DNA of 64,000 bases from Ascidiella aspersa. Taxonomy: Eukaryota. The stretch spans positions 5,704,001 through 5,768,000 of the forward strand of contig OZ004612.1 of assembly GCA_963924565.1 (NCBI GenBank). The letters are read 5' to 3'. This document shows, piece by piece, positions 11,301 to 26,300 of this stretch. The translations under genes were made by a program, and so were the position numbers. The notes below the pieces were generated by a model. That model was given only the letters and a program-made list of their open reading frames with translations, was not told where the DNA came from and ran no database searches. The first letter of the stretch is position 1. Every line of letters begins with the position of its first letter.

Positions 11301-14300
11301 TCTTTTTAGGCATTTTATAATCGTGTGAATGACTATATTGTAACAAGAATTGCGACGCTTTACTTTGGAATTTTCGTTTCCTTAAAAGTGTCGAGTTTTT
11401 TTACCTTAATTTAGGAATACCTTGCAAGAAAAAAAACAAGGCTGAAATACATATTATTACATTGAACTATTATCAAATTCGCGCTTTTCGTATGGGTTTA
11501 TTTATTTTTTATCCTTTATTGTTGTTTTTTTATTGAATTTTTAAACAACATTACATTGTGTCGGTCAAATCTAAAAAAATCGTAAAATATCTCGATAAAG
11601 AGCACTTCAAATGTAGTTTAAATTACCTCAGCATATAGTATTTAACCGAATCAAAAGGGAAATGGCTTCAGTTTTATGCGCTCAGACCCTACTACCCCCT
11701 GTAGATTGCATAACGAGCCTTTGCGTCGCATGTTTAAAATCGTCGATGCCGCGTATTTGGGATTTCTTCCTTATTGCCTCGATATAGTACGAAGTCTCGA
11801 ATGGAGAATAGCGAACAGATTGGACTTTGCTTTCTGTTAATACCCAGCAACTGCCTAGTCATCATATAATCAAAGGGAGCAATAAATGGACCTGTGTCCA
11901 GTTGCCTTCTTTTTGTCTACACTTTTAATTAACCTTCTTACATTTATTCGTCGAAGAAGTCTTTTTAATAAAGAAAATGTAAGCATAAGTAATGAAAAGA
12001 CGCACACAAACATATGTGTTTAATAACATCTGTGATCTAGCCCCTCGGAAGTTGCTTTATGACCAACGATTACGGCTTTCGTATCAATAGTACAAAAGCG
12101 TAAGTAAGTTAGAATTTTTTTTAAATTATAAAAAAGCAACATAAAAGCACATGCAGAAGTCAGCAATTTGAAAATAAATAACAGTTATTCAAAACGGTTT
12201 TGATATTCTACTTGGTTAAACTGCAACTTCCAACCATTCTGCATTAAAATTAAAAAAAGCAAAAAAAATATATATGCGTTGTGCGTTAGGCAAACATTCG
12301 AACAAATTATTATAATGGTAAAGACAGGACACATCAAAAATACTTCGGCAACACACGTTGCAAACACATTACAAGACCATATAGAAGAAGATGTAATAAT
12401 TGTGTTAAGGTTTCGAAAAAGATTGTTTTTTTTTTATAATTGTTGTTATTTACACGATTTTTTCGAAAACGTCCATACAATGTTTTTTTATATGGATTGC
12501 ATATTATTTTTTGGTATTACATTTAAGTGCAACGAACCAATATGCTCCCAAACTTGGATACATCAATACAGAAGCATTATAATGCCAAATGCGAGAGATC
12601 TCTTCCTTTATGATCTCACGTTCGCAAACCCGAAGCCTCTTCGCTCGGCGTTCCGCGAATACTTCACGCATGACTGCGCTCGCCGGTCACGTGACGCGAA
12701 GTGCGGGCGTGGTTAAAAAATCCGACAAAATCCCGATTCTCCGGCGTATAAATAGCAGCAGGGACGCTGGGCATTGCTGTTAAGGACCGTGTCCAGTCTT
12801 AAGGCTTGCTTGTACATTAAGTGGGCTTCTGATGTTTAAAATGAATATTGAGTTTTTGAAACGTTCACAAAATGCTACCTACTTCAGTATGGGCTTTGAT
12901 ATGTGTTCTACGTCTAACTGGGATTCTCATTTTGAAGTTTTGTTGAGTTTTATCTGACGACCTTTGTGCTGTGCGGTCGGTTTGGGTGAGTTTTGATTTT
13001 AATTTACTTTTCAGAAATAGAATAGAGCGTAGCTTTTTCAATACAGATTTTGAAGCCAGAATATTGAATAAGATCGAAATTGTTCTGTGTTTAAACGTTG
13101 GGGCAGTCCATAGTGTTCATGTAAAATAAAGATTTGTGACAGTAGAGCGATTTTCGGCGCTCCTTCAGTTATGCACGTAGAAATTAACCAAAGAAAACGG
13201 TCTACAAATACCGCATACTACAACGCACATTATTTGGGTTAGCGTTTGGTTGAGGGTGGGCCAAGTGTTATTAATAAATATAATAACACTTGACCCACCC
13301 TCACCCAAACGCTGACCCGCACCCTAACCCAAGTAATGTGTCCTGTGGTATGCGGTATTTTTTTGTTTTGTTTTTTTGCATATCTTTCTACGTGCAAAAG
13401 CGAAGGAGCGCCCGATTTTCTACCAGTTGGCTAAAAACATTGGCTAAGTGACTTAAATGGCCTTTTATTGCTTGTGTACGTGTATACCGGTAATACCCTT
13501 CTAAAAATCGAGACTTTTATGTGTTTCACGCGTTTGCCTATGATTGTAAAAAGCTTCCAGTTTTCGCGGCCATTTCACATTAAGGCCGCGCAAAAAAGTG
13601 CCGCCCGCCCTTCTCAAAAGCCCGTGTAATGCGTACCGGAGGCGAGTTTGCACGATTCGCTAAGACCCTGGCGGGGCGCGTGTTTATTGCTATTTACACG
13701 AGGCCAATCTCTCCATCGCCTCATCGCCGGTTTGCTGCTCGCCTTGCCTGCTTTATCCCCGCCCCGAATTCTTCGAAAGTAACGAGAACAGACGACGTGA
13801 CTGTTTAAGGCATCGGCGGAGAAGGTGTGCACCACTGCACGTGCACAATGCACATGCAACAAACAATAATACCGCTTTAGAAACAAACACTTCAGTGCTT
13901 AGATCGGCGGCCTTTTCTAGTACCGGCAGCTGTAAGAAGAACTTTATTATTTAAATTAGTTTTTCCTATTTTTTTTTTTAATTTACTTCCATTGTATCAA
14001 GTTGTCACCGGCAGTTAATTAAAGACTAAACAAACTAACCATGATGTTATTATATAAAGTTAAAATTTCACTAAAATTTTATGAATGAAACACGTTTATG
14101 GTATTAGGCGTTTAAAGACAGCACCTTGTAACAATGTAACGTTTTCAATATTTCTTTCTAAAATGGTCAAAATTTTGCATGTTGGAAAAAAATCTTTCCA
14201 AAGCAAGGACTGACTTGGGTTATTACCCAAAACAGGGTGAGAAATTGTATAGCACATACCTTGGGTGATCCTAACCACTTTTTTCAAGCAAGAGTCGAAG

Positions 14301-17300
14301 GTCTTGTGAGCAACTCTGTAACGATCTCGTGATGCTAAGTTTGCGAAAAAACGTCGCGAATTGATTTAAGAGACTCGTGCCGCCTAAGAAAGAAAGACAA
14401 TAGACAAAAAGCGCATGACGCGACATCGCGCTGCATTTTTGCGCAAAACGACGCGTCAGCATTTCAAGGGAAATCCCAGAAATCCGACAGAGAAGCATCA
14501 CTTCTGTCCAGTCATCATCGTTTCACCACTTTAAGTCTTTAAACGCGCCGCCCTATGATCATCAGCACTTTTATAACGCTCGTTGCTGTCGGGGTGGCTT
14601 TTGTGCCCACGCGACTAATAATTAATCGAGAGGAGCGCGCGCGATCGCGCCTGTGACGTCACATTTTGGATAAAGTCCATTGTGACGTGGGTTTCCCGGA
14701 AGAGAGTCGGCAATCGAGCGTTGCCCTGCTTGCCTCCCCCTCCGAAGTTTCTTCGTACGAGCGAGCGATTGCCCGGTATCGAGCAGGAGCAATCGAGTTT
14801 GCATAAGTGCCTTGTTTTTTTGGCCAGGTTTAAGTGCCCGCTTTATTTACTACAAGCTGTTTTTTTTGGGCGCCATTTTTTGACCGGTTTTGCAAAAGAT
14901 TCCTAGGGTGGCGTCAAAGATACAACTCGGAGACAATACTAAAAAAGAGAGTTTGAAAGTCCCCGATATTCCAAGGTTGATAGGTATCGAAATACCTTTA
15001 AAGGGAAAAACGTATAAGCTAAGCTTATTAACGTAACTACTTAGAAAAAATCGCAGTCTCTGCTTTTATAATTACACGAAAACAGATTTACAAATAATAT
15101 GTCCGGTTCGTTAAGTGTTTCTCAATCTTTTTATATCGGGGCGCACATCAATTACTTTGTTTTAAGGTATTATACATGCAAATATGCCAAAATGCGCCGA
15201 AAAGTTGGGCGCGAACTTGGCCAAAAAAGTGCCCAGGCCTTTCCATAAGGTGCCGCACAAATCGGCCAAGTGTGTTTCGAAAACCGCAGCGTTTTTTGTT
15301 CCTCGACTGGCAATTGGGCGACGCGAGTACTTTCTCTGCACTTGGCAAAATGACTGGCTGCGCGCTCGTTTCTTTGCACAACTACTGTAAGGCTAGGTCG
15401 CCTAAAGCAGCCGGTCAACTTGCGTTTTAGTTGTTTTCGCCGTTATTGGTGATATTAAACGCGCATAACCACTGTTAACGCGCGTTTTTAATTAAGATAA
15501 TTCTGAGAATTGTGATATTTTCTAAAGTTTATTACCGTGAACAAGTAAGCTACTATATAATAGTCTTGGAAAATTATAATAGTGTATAGTTGAGTAAAGG
15601 CACAAGTTAGCCAAAATAAGACTTTCAGCTGAGGTTAATGTGTATTGAATAAAGCAATTAAACAAATACCCTGTTTTTAACAGCGTAGTTTTTTATATAC
15701 TTCCACCATGATAGACGCGGTAAATTGCAACGATATATAACCGAGTTAAGGCATGTGTTGGCCTAAATTTGTTCGGTTTTGAAATCTTTCGGGCTTCCAG
15801 TTGAGGTTTACGAAATTTCAAGTTATAAAATCGAAAAAATGCCCAGTTTTCGACAGCGTACTGTCTGTGTAAGCACCTACATTCAGGATCGCAATCCAAG
15901 GCCTCATAATGCAGTTTGCAGACCAATCAACAAGGCGCCAATTGCGTACGAAGCGCGCACTATTTGCAGACCCGCTTATTCCAGGCAGTACCGGGCCGCC
16001 CTATCGCGCCGCTGCACAAATATTGACCCACTGTGCACCGGCGTCTACGCGTGCCCTGTATGTCCAGGGGGTTCCTGAATTGTTCCTGGCCAATTGGCGC
16101 CCAGAAATGCACCCCAAGCTTTCGGCCAGAGATTGTCTCGCGTTTTTTTGACTGGAGATGTCACGGTTTGCTTTCACGAGTAGCCCGAAATGTGCGACAC
16201 AATGCCTATCGTATGACGTCATAATGAACCGACTGTCTGGACGACGGAAAGGACCTAGTTTTTTTTTGCAATGTGATATTTCCCCCCATGTAAATTACTT
16301 TCTACGTTCCATAAATAAAGTCGACCAATTTTGAGTTCTAAAATTGACCAAAAAGTTGGCCCATTTTTTAGACCATTTAGAACCAAGTTTTGTTTCGTTA
16401 GTGAGAATATTTTTTTTAATTTGTCGCTAGTGTCATTAGATAATTATTTTAAGGTATTTTTTTTGCTTTGAAGTTAATTGAACTTTGTACCCATATATGT
16501 ACTTACGTAAGTTCTCTGAATTTTGATGACCTAAGGCCTTGTGAGTAAAATTTGTCAGCGGATTAATTACAATGGCCACTGGAGACCACTTTTGTTCAAG
16601 CCAATTAAACCTAAATGTAGGTCGAACGACTTGTCCGGTTTGGCGATAACCGATTGCGATAAGAGACAACTGAAGTTGTCCAGGGCTTGCCTCGGCCCAG
16701 CAGCACCGAAAAGGCCGCGCAGGAATTTCAACTTTGACTCGACGGAGTCTTGGCGAATACTTTAACCTAGTTTTTCCGCCACTTGAACCGACATTTCCAT
16801 TCGCTGGTGTAGAATTGCAGACGCCAAGCGAAAAACGAGAGAGAAAGAGAGAGACGGGCGTCGAAGTTTTGCCTTTTTCTCTTCCTTTTCTCGGTTCTTC
16901 CTTCATTAGCTGGTTTTGCGCCACGAGATTTCTGCTGGAGACCCAACCGGCGTACTTTAAGTCAAAAAACTGTTGTCACTTTTGTTTTAAACTTTATGAT
17001 TTAACTTTTGCTGGTTAGATTAAGGTAGCTAGTATAAAGTTTATTCCAGAAAATATATGGCACTATCAGCAGTTGTGTGTTACCCACCTCGTTTATTATG
17101 TTAAAGGAAACAGGGTTTGAGTTCGCATGATATCATAGCTTTGCGCTATTGATAGCACTGTAGGAGGTATATTAAACCTGAATATTCGCAATGGAATTCG
17201 TTCATACGGGAGAAGTATACGTCATTCTAACTGTATGATCTAATTTGCCTGTTTTAAACGGTGCTCATTTTGCTTGCAGTTGTGTGGTAATGGTCTTATA

Positions 17301-20300
17301 CCCGAGCTGTTACATGTTAGTATAAAAGTCCAAAGTAGTTCTGTTGAACCTGATTAAAGAGTCTTCGGCGGAAGTGTATACCAAATCACAGGTGATATTT
17401 TCATTTTTTTATTTGCGAATGGCTGAGAATTGACAACGATGTTCCTTAACTATATTAGCCTAACGACTAGTAAGAAAGTTATAGTTTAAATTACTTAACA
17501 CAGCGTGTTTTTGACCCAGTTTTGATACATGGTGCTTTGTAAATAATGTAGTTTGAAGAGGTTTTAATTAAACACTGTTTTTTTTTAAGTAAATTGGTAC
17601 TAGTCAGCTTTACTTCAATTTCAAAGTCAATAAAAATGGCTTTTCAGTTCCAAAAGCTACATCTATGCTTGCCAACATAATTCGCGCAATAAATGTTTTA
17701 AGATTTTTTTTAGTCATACCGGATTATTGCGAATCCTTAATAAAGATTTATCAAAGCTTATATTACAGTAGGTTTTAGCATTGCCATGTTAAAACTAAAT
17801 AAAGATATATTCGAAACCTTCAAAATGATTCCTACTTCCGTATGGGCGTTGATATTCTTACTACGTCCAACTAAAACCCCAACCATTATGCTCTGAAGTT
17901 AATAAAGATTATTTTTACCAAAACCTAATTTAAAAATAAACAGCCCATGTAAACCCCATGCCAAATGACTTTTACGTCTAGCTAGTTTGCTTTAAGGACG
18001 ATAGTCGTTGTAGCACTGGGTGAGGCTGACATTCGAAGCACTGTCAGCATACGAACGCGTTTACCTCAAAAATACGCTACTCTTAACGTGCGTAGAGCGA
18101 GCCAAGCGATCTCTGCAATGAATATACGTGTGGGCTCTTACAAATTGCCAACTTATCGCCACCGATATGGGTCAATGGCATCCACGAGTAAAGATACGAT
18201 TATAATTCCACGGCTCGGCACCGGCTTAAGGCCTAAGAGTCCGGCATTGGCGGCCGACTTGTGTTTTGCTAAAGCCACGATCAAAGGCGAATAGCCAGGA
18301 AGTGGCAATTACGCTCAATGCTCGGAATTTGCGGCCCGTCGAAGTGCGTAAGTCATAACAATTGCCCTCTTGAGAGTTCGATCTCGTTTTGAAGAATCGA
18401 GTGGACTTGGCGAAAACAGATTTTTTTTTAAATTAGGCTGGGTCGAAAGTTTGTAAATTTACCAATGTGTTTGTCTTTTTTACAAGTGCCAACTTATTAG
18501 ATATACCTTGTCTGCTGTGAGTAGTAGTTATATCAGCATCGTAAGCCGTTTAGTTTCTTCGTTTTTCTATTGGCTTAATTGTGAAGAATTTCAAAAAACC
18601 CGCCACTTTTTTCAATGCGTCGTACTGGTGAATAACTGGTTTAACAAGTGCTGCTCTGGTCATTAACAAATGTATTTATAAGGCTTAGTATCGTATAAGG
18701 GAAGGAAATAATCAAACAAACATTCCAACATTATTCGTTCCATAATTGGGTTCGTTTTTAACTTCACTCAGCCGGCAATATTTTACGCTAAATGACGTCA
18801 CTGGCATGATTTTGGGCAAGTATTTTACACCAAAAATGTCTAGCGGGAAGACACTAGAATGCAATCGGGCTGCTGGCCCGTTCCTAAGTAAAGAGCCCCT
18901 ACATTTTTCTATTGAAACAGCATTACACGCTTTTCCGCTTTGTTTGAATGTGCTTAGTATAAAGTCGCCTGCTACGTTTATTGTCCCTAGGGTCGCATAT
19001 CGGCTCAAATCAATCCCTCCTTATCATGACTTCTTAGATTCTTCGCCAGTTGGAATTTTGCCTTCAGGCCAACTGAGCCGCGTTGCCTTAAACAATGCTC
19101 AGGGATAATCGCCAAGTTTATTTATAGGCGCCGCTATATTTAGCCTTGTCGGGCTAAACCCGGTCTCTGAAACGGCTGAATAACGTAGATTAGCTCCTGG
19201 CGACATCCGAACTAAGGCAGGCCGACATAGTATGGCTTAAACTTCCGCTATTGGCGTTTTGCCGGCTGGGAAGGCTACCGGTTAAGCCGTGGCGTGTTCA
19301 AAATGTGGTTTACTTGGCTCTGCCTAAGTAAAGTCTTTGAACTCTTTCGGTTTTGGCCTTGTGGCGTTAAAATGAGTTAATTTCAACTTTTAGACGATTG
19401 AATTTAGGAATAAAAAAGTCCCTAACTTTACCTTTAAAAATAGTTTTTTAAATATAATACAACCCTAATCTTTTGGTTCGCTTATATCTTCCGATTAGCA
19501 AAAATTATTTGGTCGTTTTAATATAAAACACTTTGTTCCGTGTCAGTCGCGTATGATGAAGTCCCCCTATTAGCGACCCCGCCGATGCTCTCGTTATAAA
19601 AGTGTTTGCTCTGTTTGGCCAAGCACTCAAGGCGAAGGTCATACAAGGTTTGCTATTCTGCTAATTGGCACAGTACGTAGAAAGGGTGGCGTTCTTGAGC
19701 CGAGGTGGCAATGCACTGTTCGACTTGGCAGCTTGATGTTAACTGGCCGATGACGCGCTCCCGTTTGACTGTTTTACTGCGTTAGTTTGATGAAACGGTA
19801 GCTGGCTGTATAAGTACAGCTGCTGTGCGGTTCTGTATTGTAACACGGAGAGGTGCTTGCCTATGCGAAGCGCAACTGTATTACTTAACGTTTAGTTGCG
19901 GTTAGGTGTTTAGTATGTGGTATATGTGAAGTGTCCGCAAAAGAGTTTTTTTATGCTGAGAAAAAAGTGGTGACTTCGTTAAGGTTAAAGCAATGTTTTA
20001 TTTGTTTATTTTTTTCGCAGTTTCTCGGGCCTTAAGCCATTTTAGGCCTAAATATGCCCAGTCGGCGATTTCGACTGCGTTTTAATTTTACTTCCAATCA
20101 TAACAAGTAAATTAATGACACTGCATCGTCCACTACCAATGGGGCCGTATTCAGGATTCTGTTTAGTAAAATAACCAAATAAGACTTAGTACAGGGGTAT
20201 AAACTTACAAAATTAATCGTCCCAAATAAAAATAGCCTCACCCGAGATTCATTCAACGCAAGCGCGTGGTTCCATTTCACCGGTAGCCTTACTAAAACAG

Positions 20301-23300
20301 AGAGAGGCCGCTTTCTAGAAGGCAACTCGACACCCTGGCGTATTGTGCGCTGGTTCGGGACTCCACAGAGCCGCAACTTCCTACAAGAGGCAAGGGCTCC
20401 AATCCGAAGGGAGCGCTCTCAAGTCGAGCCCAGTGTAAGCCGAGCCGCCTGTAATTGCTGTTTCCCGAGCTCGGTCGCCCTTCTACTGCGCGCCGTTTTT
20501 TTCCTACTGGGAATTGGCGAGGCCTAGCTAGTCAGCTAGCAGCAGCAGCAGCTCTGGTAGTCGCCCAACAGCCCCGGTGCGATAAAGGCGGGAAAATCGA
20601 GCCTGGCCATGTGCTCCAGTGATGTGGCGCAGTCGATGCGTGCGCTCGCCAACGACAGGCTGTTATTTCAGCAGTTAATCGCCCCGTTTTCGAGCGGGAA
20701 ACGAGTTTTTACTAGATGACTTTGCGTTAACTTTGTCGCAATGTCTGCATATCTAAGTGTGACGCATTGGAGGTTTTGCTTGGTTTATGACGGTAAGTCG
20801 TATAGCACAACGCTGTGATATGTGTGGCCTTTGTGGAGAGGTTTTCGCTTTACGCGATATTCAGTTGGTACAAGATAAGCTAAGTTTCATTTTTGTTGCG
20901 CATAGACAACAAGTGCTTTCGTTTCTGAGAGCGATTCCCTTCTATTTAAACAGAAAGCGAACGTAAGCCAAAAGTTCAAGGTTTTTCTGTCTGAATATTG
21001 TTAAAATGCGACGAAATTAGGTTTAAAAATTTTAGCGCAAATCGCCGTATTTAGTGTTTCGTGGAACTCAGGTGCAAAAAACCTACCAACATCTGGCCAA
21101 GTTTTTGTGCTGGACACTCCACGCGCGAGCCGAAAGAGAAAGAGACCTTGATAAAAAAAGGCCGGCGCCAAGCTCCTATCGCAAGCTTAATCTGTAATCT
21201 TTGCAGTACAAGCCGGCGCCCGCCGCTATACTGCCGCGAACCGGGGGCCGCATTGCAGGCAGGTCTGTGCCAAGCGCGCCACCTGCTTAATGATTGATAC
21301 AGTGAGCTAATAGCGCGCTCGCCCGCCGAACCAAGCTCAGTCAGTTTGCGCAGCGCAGCGCCGGTTCAGTTCTTTGCCTTCTCGAGTTTTCCTGGCTCCA
21401 AATTACGTCATCGTTTCCGCTTTTCGTGGCGAGTCGGCGCCGGAATCGGCCGATCCTTGTGTGACGCAACAATCGGGCTGCTGGTAGCATTGGTGTGGCT
21501 GCTTTTCGATTTGTTCAGGCGAGGACGAGTTTTGCGCGCCTCTCAGGTTTATTAGTGTTGTAGAAATGGATGATTTGTCGCTGGTGGAGATTCCTACATG
21601 TTACCTGTAATCACAGTCCCATAAACCCTATTTTTGCCCTATTTGTCTATAGTCATTGTCATTTGCCTATTGTTCGAAAGTTCTCGAATATTTCGATTGT
21701 CGTGCATTGTTCAAGCCATTGTTCGGCCATTGTCTTTTAAACATCATTTTTCAAGTAGTACGTCCGCTTTCTCTCAGCCAGGCGCCTTGTGCAAAGCCCA
21801 ATCATGTCTACGCCGTTGGCGCGCAATTGCCTTCCACGCTTTGCTCTGTAGTTAGACAGATTGGCTTCTTGCACATAGCGCTTGATTCCAACCGGGCCCC
21901 TGCATCAAACCGGGCCACGGAGCTGACTTTCATCGCGACTTAAAAAGGATTTTTTCTCAGTTTTAGATCAGGAATGGACGGAACTTTTGCAGGTATAGTA
22001 AGCTTGCTAGGAAAAAAATTAGTAAAAAAATAGATTAAAATCTGTTTTTTCCAGAATTTTACGGCTGTAGACGTGGTATGCTAGACTATTTTCATTTCAG
22101 AAAAATAGAGTTTTAGTAAAATTGTGGTAAGTCCCTATTATTTTAGGCCGCTGTAGACACACGTAGATCGCTCGTATCTCTAGGTGTAAAAGGCAACCTA
22201 GTTAAAGAAAAGAAATTCGTTTGAAATCGAAATCAAAGAAAAATGTCCCGATTTTTCGACGTTTGCGAATTTAACCCTAATCCTTGTCGCATCGTGACTT
22301 TGGCAGGTGTCTTGATGCTCGAGCAAGATGATACATGGCCTAGTTATGTCCGCACATGTTTAATTCGCTGCCATGTTTGAGGGCGCTTGTACCAGGAAAT
22401 GTTCGAACCGGCAGCTGCTGATCGTAAAACCTTGTTGCGCCTATTTCGGGGCCTATATACGACAGACTTTGGACCGGGAACATGCGAAGAAATATTTCTA
22501 AATTTGCCTTTTTTTACTTCGGTAAAATTAGTTTACCACGAAACTTGTTACAAATACCGACTTAAATCTTTTTAATTCGCACTACAAACAAAAGAGAGGA
22601 ATTTTCGCAAATTTGTTCATAATAACCGTGTTTTTTCGTATAAATTTTTCCAACACAAGCAAGGTATTTTGCCAAACATGTCAAATGCTAAGAAAATTTG
22701 TTTTTTGTAATTTTTTTTGTTTTAATTAGCTTCTCTTGTTCGTTATACCGGCGTTTTCTTGTAAATTATGCAATTTTTCACCGTTAAAGCGTTAAAATCT
22801 ATCAGATACGATTCGTAAAATCTGTCAAACCCAGTTTTATAACCGTAAACGTTCCAGGACTTGCATTAATTTGAAACTCGGTCTTTAGCATTCTTATCTG
22901 GCGTTAAGGCAAAGTTAATGAACTACCGAGTACGCCGGTCGAGCTGTCACCGTTGTGCAGCAGCAAACGATCGGTGCCAGTCGCAAAGGGCTCTGTAAAC
23001 TCGCTACTTTTCTTTCTACCACCTAAGCGGCGCGTGCCTGCAAGTCTTACTGGTTGAGTACAGGCAAAAAAACCAAACTTTTATTATAAGGACGCGGAGG
23101 TCTGTAATTAGCTGTTCATTTTGTTATTAACGCTTTCAGTAGCTTTTATTACCCCAATTTTGCCCTGCTTTTTTTTAAGTTCACATTCTATGTTGATTAT
23201 ACGTCTGCTGTATCCTAAGAGAGTAGCTTCGCTGTTTGAAATTCACTTGTATTTTTTTCATAATTAAGAGCAAAAACGCACACATTTTATTCTGATAGCC

Positions 23301-26300
23301 TCATCAGAACAGCTCCTATTTCCAAAACGACCACCCGAACACTTAACAGAAGTTTAACCGGCCAGTGCATTTCTTTTTACCAGTTTACAAATGGCCGGCT
23401 CATTTTAGCAACACCCTTTGTTTTTGCACCAATAAACGAAAATGCAAGAAAGTTGATAAAAGCAAGTCTGTTTTTTTTTTTTTATAAGAACAATGGTCTG
23501 GAATTAAAAAAAATGTGACAACTCGCCTCCGGAAAGCAATCTTCCCGAAAACAGAAAAAATTGAGAACAGAAAAAATAACGGCCTTTAAAAACCTGGGAA
23601 CAAAACGGTCTAAAAAACGGAGGGAAATTTTGTTTTGAATTATTTCAAACGAAAAACTATTCCATCTAATTCAATCTACCATAACACCCACAAAAAACAC
23701 GAAACGTGGCCCAAAAGTGAAAAGTAAAAGAGAAACGTACAAAGTAATAAACAAGAAAAAAACACTGCTTTTAAAAAGAAAATGCCTGGGAACAAAACCG
23801 TTTAAAAAAGGGATAGACAAGTTTTTTTTAACTTTGCAAAGAAAAATATCCAATCCACCATAAACCACCAAGATCATGAAACATGACCCAAAAGTGAAAT
23901 CGGAAAGTGTACAAATTAGAAAACCCAGCATCCCTTCAGCGAACGGAAAGCCTTCGCCTCCTATACTCTGCCCAAGATTAGCTCGCCGTTGGCTGTTCGC
24001 CGCTCAGCAACGGGTTACGTTATCGCGCAGGAATTCGCAGCTCCCCGCTTTGTTTGCTTTATCGTCCTGGGCGCGGGCGTTTTCGGCGAGGCCTGTGCAA
24101 CGTACCAGTGCTACTCCTCCTTCTGCTACGAGTGGTTCCGGCATCTTAATTCACATGCCACCACCGGTTTGTAGTGCCGCTATGGCAACGCACGGCCTGT
24201 TTTCGCGGCACCATTCTTCGGTTTGGTTTCAGGGAGATGTTTGTCGAAAGTTTGGCGTAGCAATTGTTGGGGTTGTCTTAAAAAGCCGAGTTTCCTTATC
24301 AATTTAAAAAAAATCACGATTTTTCACACTTTTTTTGGTGTCTAGATTTAACGGGGCCACTGCTTTGCTTATATCAAGTGTAAAATTGATTTGCTGTAAA
24401 AAATGTTTACTTATACATGTGACACGGCGCACCGAGCATTCTTTTTGTATATATTACTAAACGAAAGCTTTCCATGTTGACTGCTGGGCATGTGCCTCAG
24501 GCCAAGTTACAGGGATCGAAATATTTGGCGTGTACGCGTTTAAAATTGTGGCTGCAAAATTTCGAGCGCTGCGTTTGGCAAATAGCTCGAGTACATGATT
24601 TACCTCACAAAACTTTTTATATGTTTTGTGATTTTTGTACTCACGCTGTGTTAGAGCGTAGAGCAGGGGCATGCTTAGACAAAATTTTATGTACGGTTCG
24701 TAGCTTCGGTGTAGTGCTATACAAGGCACCAAATGAGCTACTTTGTTGAGCAACTGGCCCAAATCTCAAGGCGTGGCTTCAGCAGGAAGCTTTGTTTGAC
24801 AGAACCGCCACCTTTATTTGGCCGAACCGCGCAAACTTCGAGGCCCTTTGTTGATAAACAATCGCTGCGACCGATTTTCAACAAGGCGGCTCAGATTTGG
24901 GTCGCCCCACTGAAGTTTGCTGGTCGCTTGGGAGTTTGTGTAGACTTTCGAGCGCTGTGAGTGGCGGGCCGTAATTGCCGCGTCCAAAATACTGAGCTAA
25001 GCCATATGCTCAAATGTAAACTACAGGAAGCGCGAACTTGGCCCAGTTTAATGGCCAATCCGAATAGAGACGGCCCTGTATTTTAATCAAGCTTTTGTGT
25101 TATAACCCTGTTTGTTTTCAAGGCACCAAATTAGTTGCTTTAACGCGCACATGGCCCTGTTTAAGGGCCTCTCCGAAGATAGACGACCCTGTTTTAAGCA
25201 ATACTTATGTGCTTTAATATACCATTATTTTGGCCATTATGAAGCAGATGTATCGATTTTTATTATAGTGTGCCGTTTTCCTGAAATAAAGCAAGCTTCT
25301 TTTTAAAGTAGTCTTATAATGTTGCCAATAGGGATAGAAAGGCAAAAAACCTGGCCTGGCGCCTTATAAAACGGCCTCGTTACCAGACCAACTCACTCCC
25401 TTTTGGGCAACAAGTTGACAAGCGTGTTTTATTACTCCGTTCCATTGTTGTTGTTATTTATCAGCAAAAATGTATCAATTCTCAGTAAACAACAAAAGTC
25501 TACCATTCGTTAATTCAAAGCTCAGCCAAAACGCAAAGCCAAGCCTCACAGACCAGTAACCAGTTTCACTTGCTTGCTAGTTGTGCGCTCGTCACAATCC
25601 AACGTATGGTTTCCTTCGTTTCAGCTTGTTTCGGCTTCGCGCCAGCCCGGCTATATCCTCAAAGGGAGTCTTCGAGGTCGCTTTATCTGTCGGTTTGTCC
25701 CGTAACTTGTAAAGCAGCTTGCGAAATTTCGATAAAGGGCGATCGCGAACTCTCGTTGTACACAGGGCCCAGCAACTTGCACGCGATAATTGATTCGGGT
25801 TCTAATTTCCTCCTCGTAAAATCTTAGACGAGGAAGTACTGTCGTATGGGGCGTATTTGCTTGTACAATTTTGACCACAGTCCTATAACCAGCAAGCAAC
25901 GCTTTAACTGTTTTTGTTGAATTTTCGGTTTTTGGCGGTTTCTTTGTTGTACAAGTCGTTTACGATCGTTGTAATTTGACCAGTGTGTGTCTCAATTAAC
26001 GACGGTAATCAGGTGGCACTATCTTATAAAGACAAATTATATTGAATTCTTGAGAACTTTCGCACAACCGTGCTGCATCAGGTTAAAGTAAAAAATACTA
26101 AAAATCTAAAGCTATTTTTCTACTTTGACCTGATGAAGTACGGTTGTCCGAAAGCGTCAAGATTTAAATACAATTTGTCTTTATATAGTGTCATTCAATT
26201 ACCCTCTTTATTCTAATACGGTCATTTACAAAGGCCAATTAACTATTGAAGTTCTATCAGTGGATCATCAAAACTCCCTTACCTTGTACCACACGCGCTC

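Noticed and set aside
12279-12716. 145-aa ORF and other intronic ORF-track entries (for example 16436..16924 and 23876..24307)
   Set aside because: No recognisable domain, low-complexity translation, no supporting exon chain
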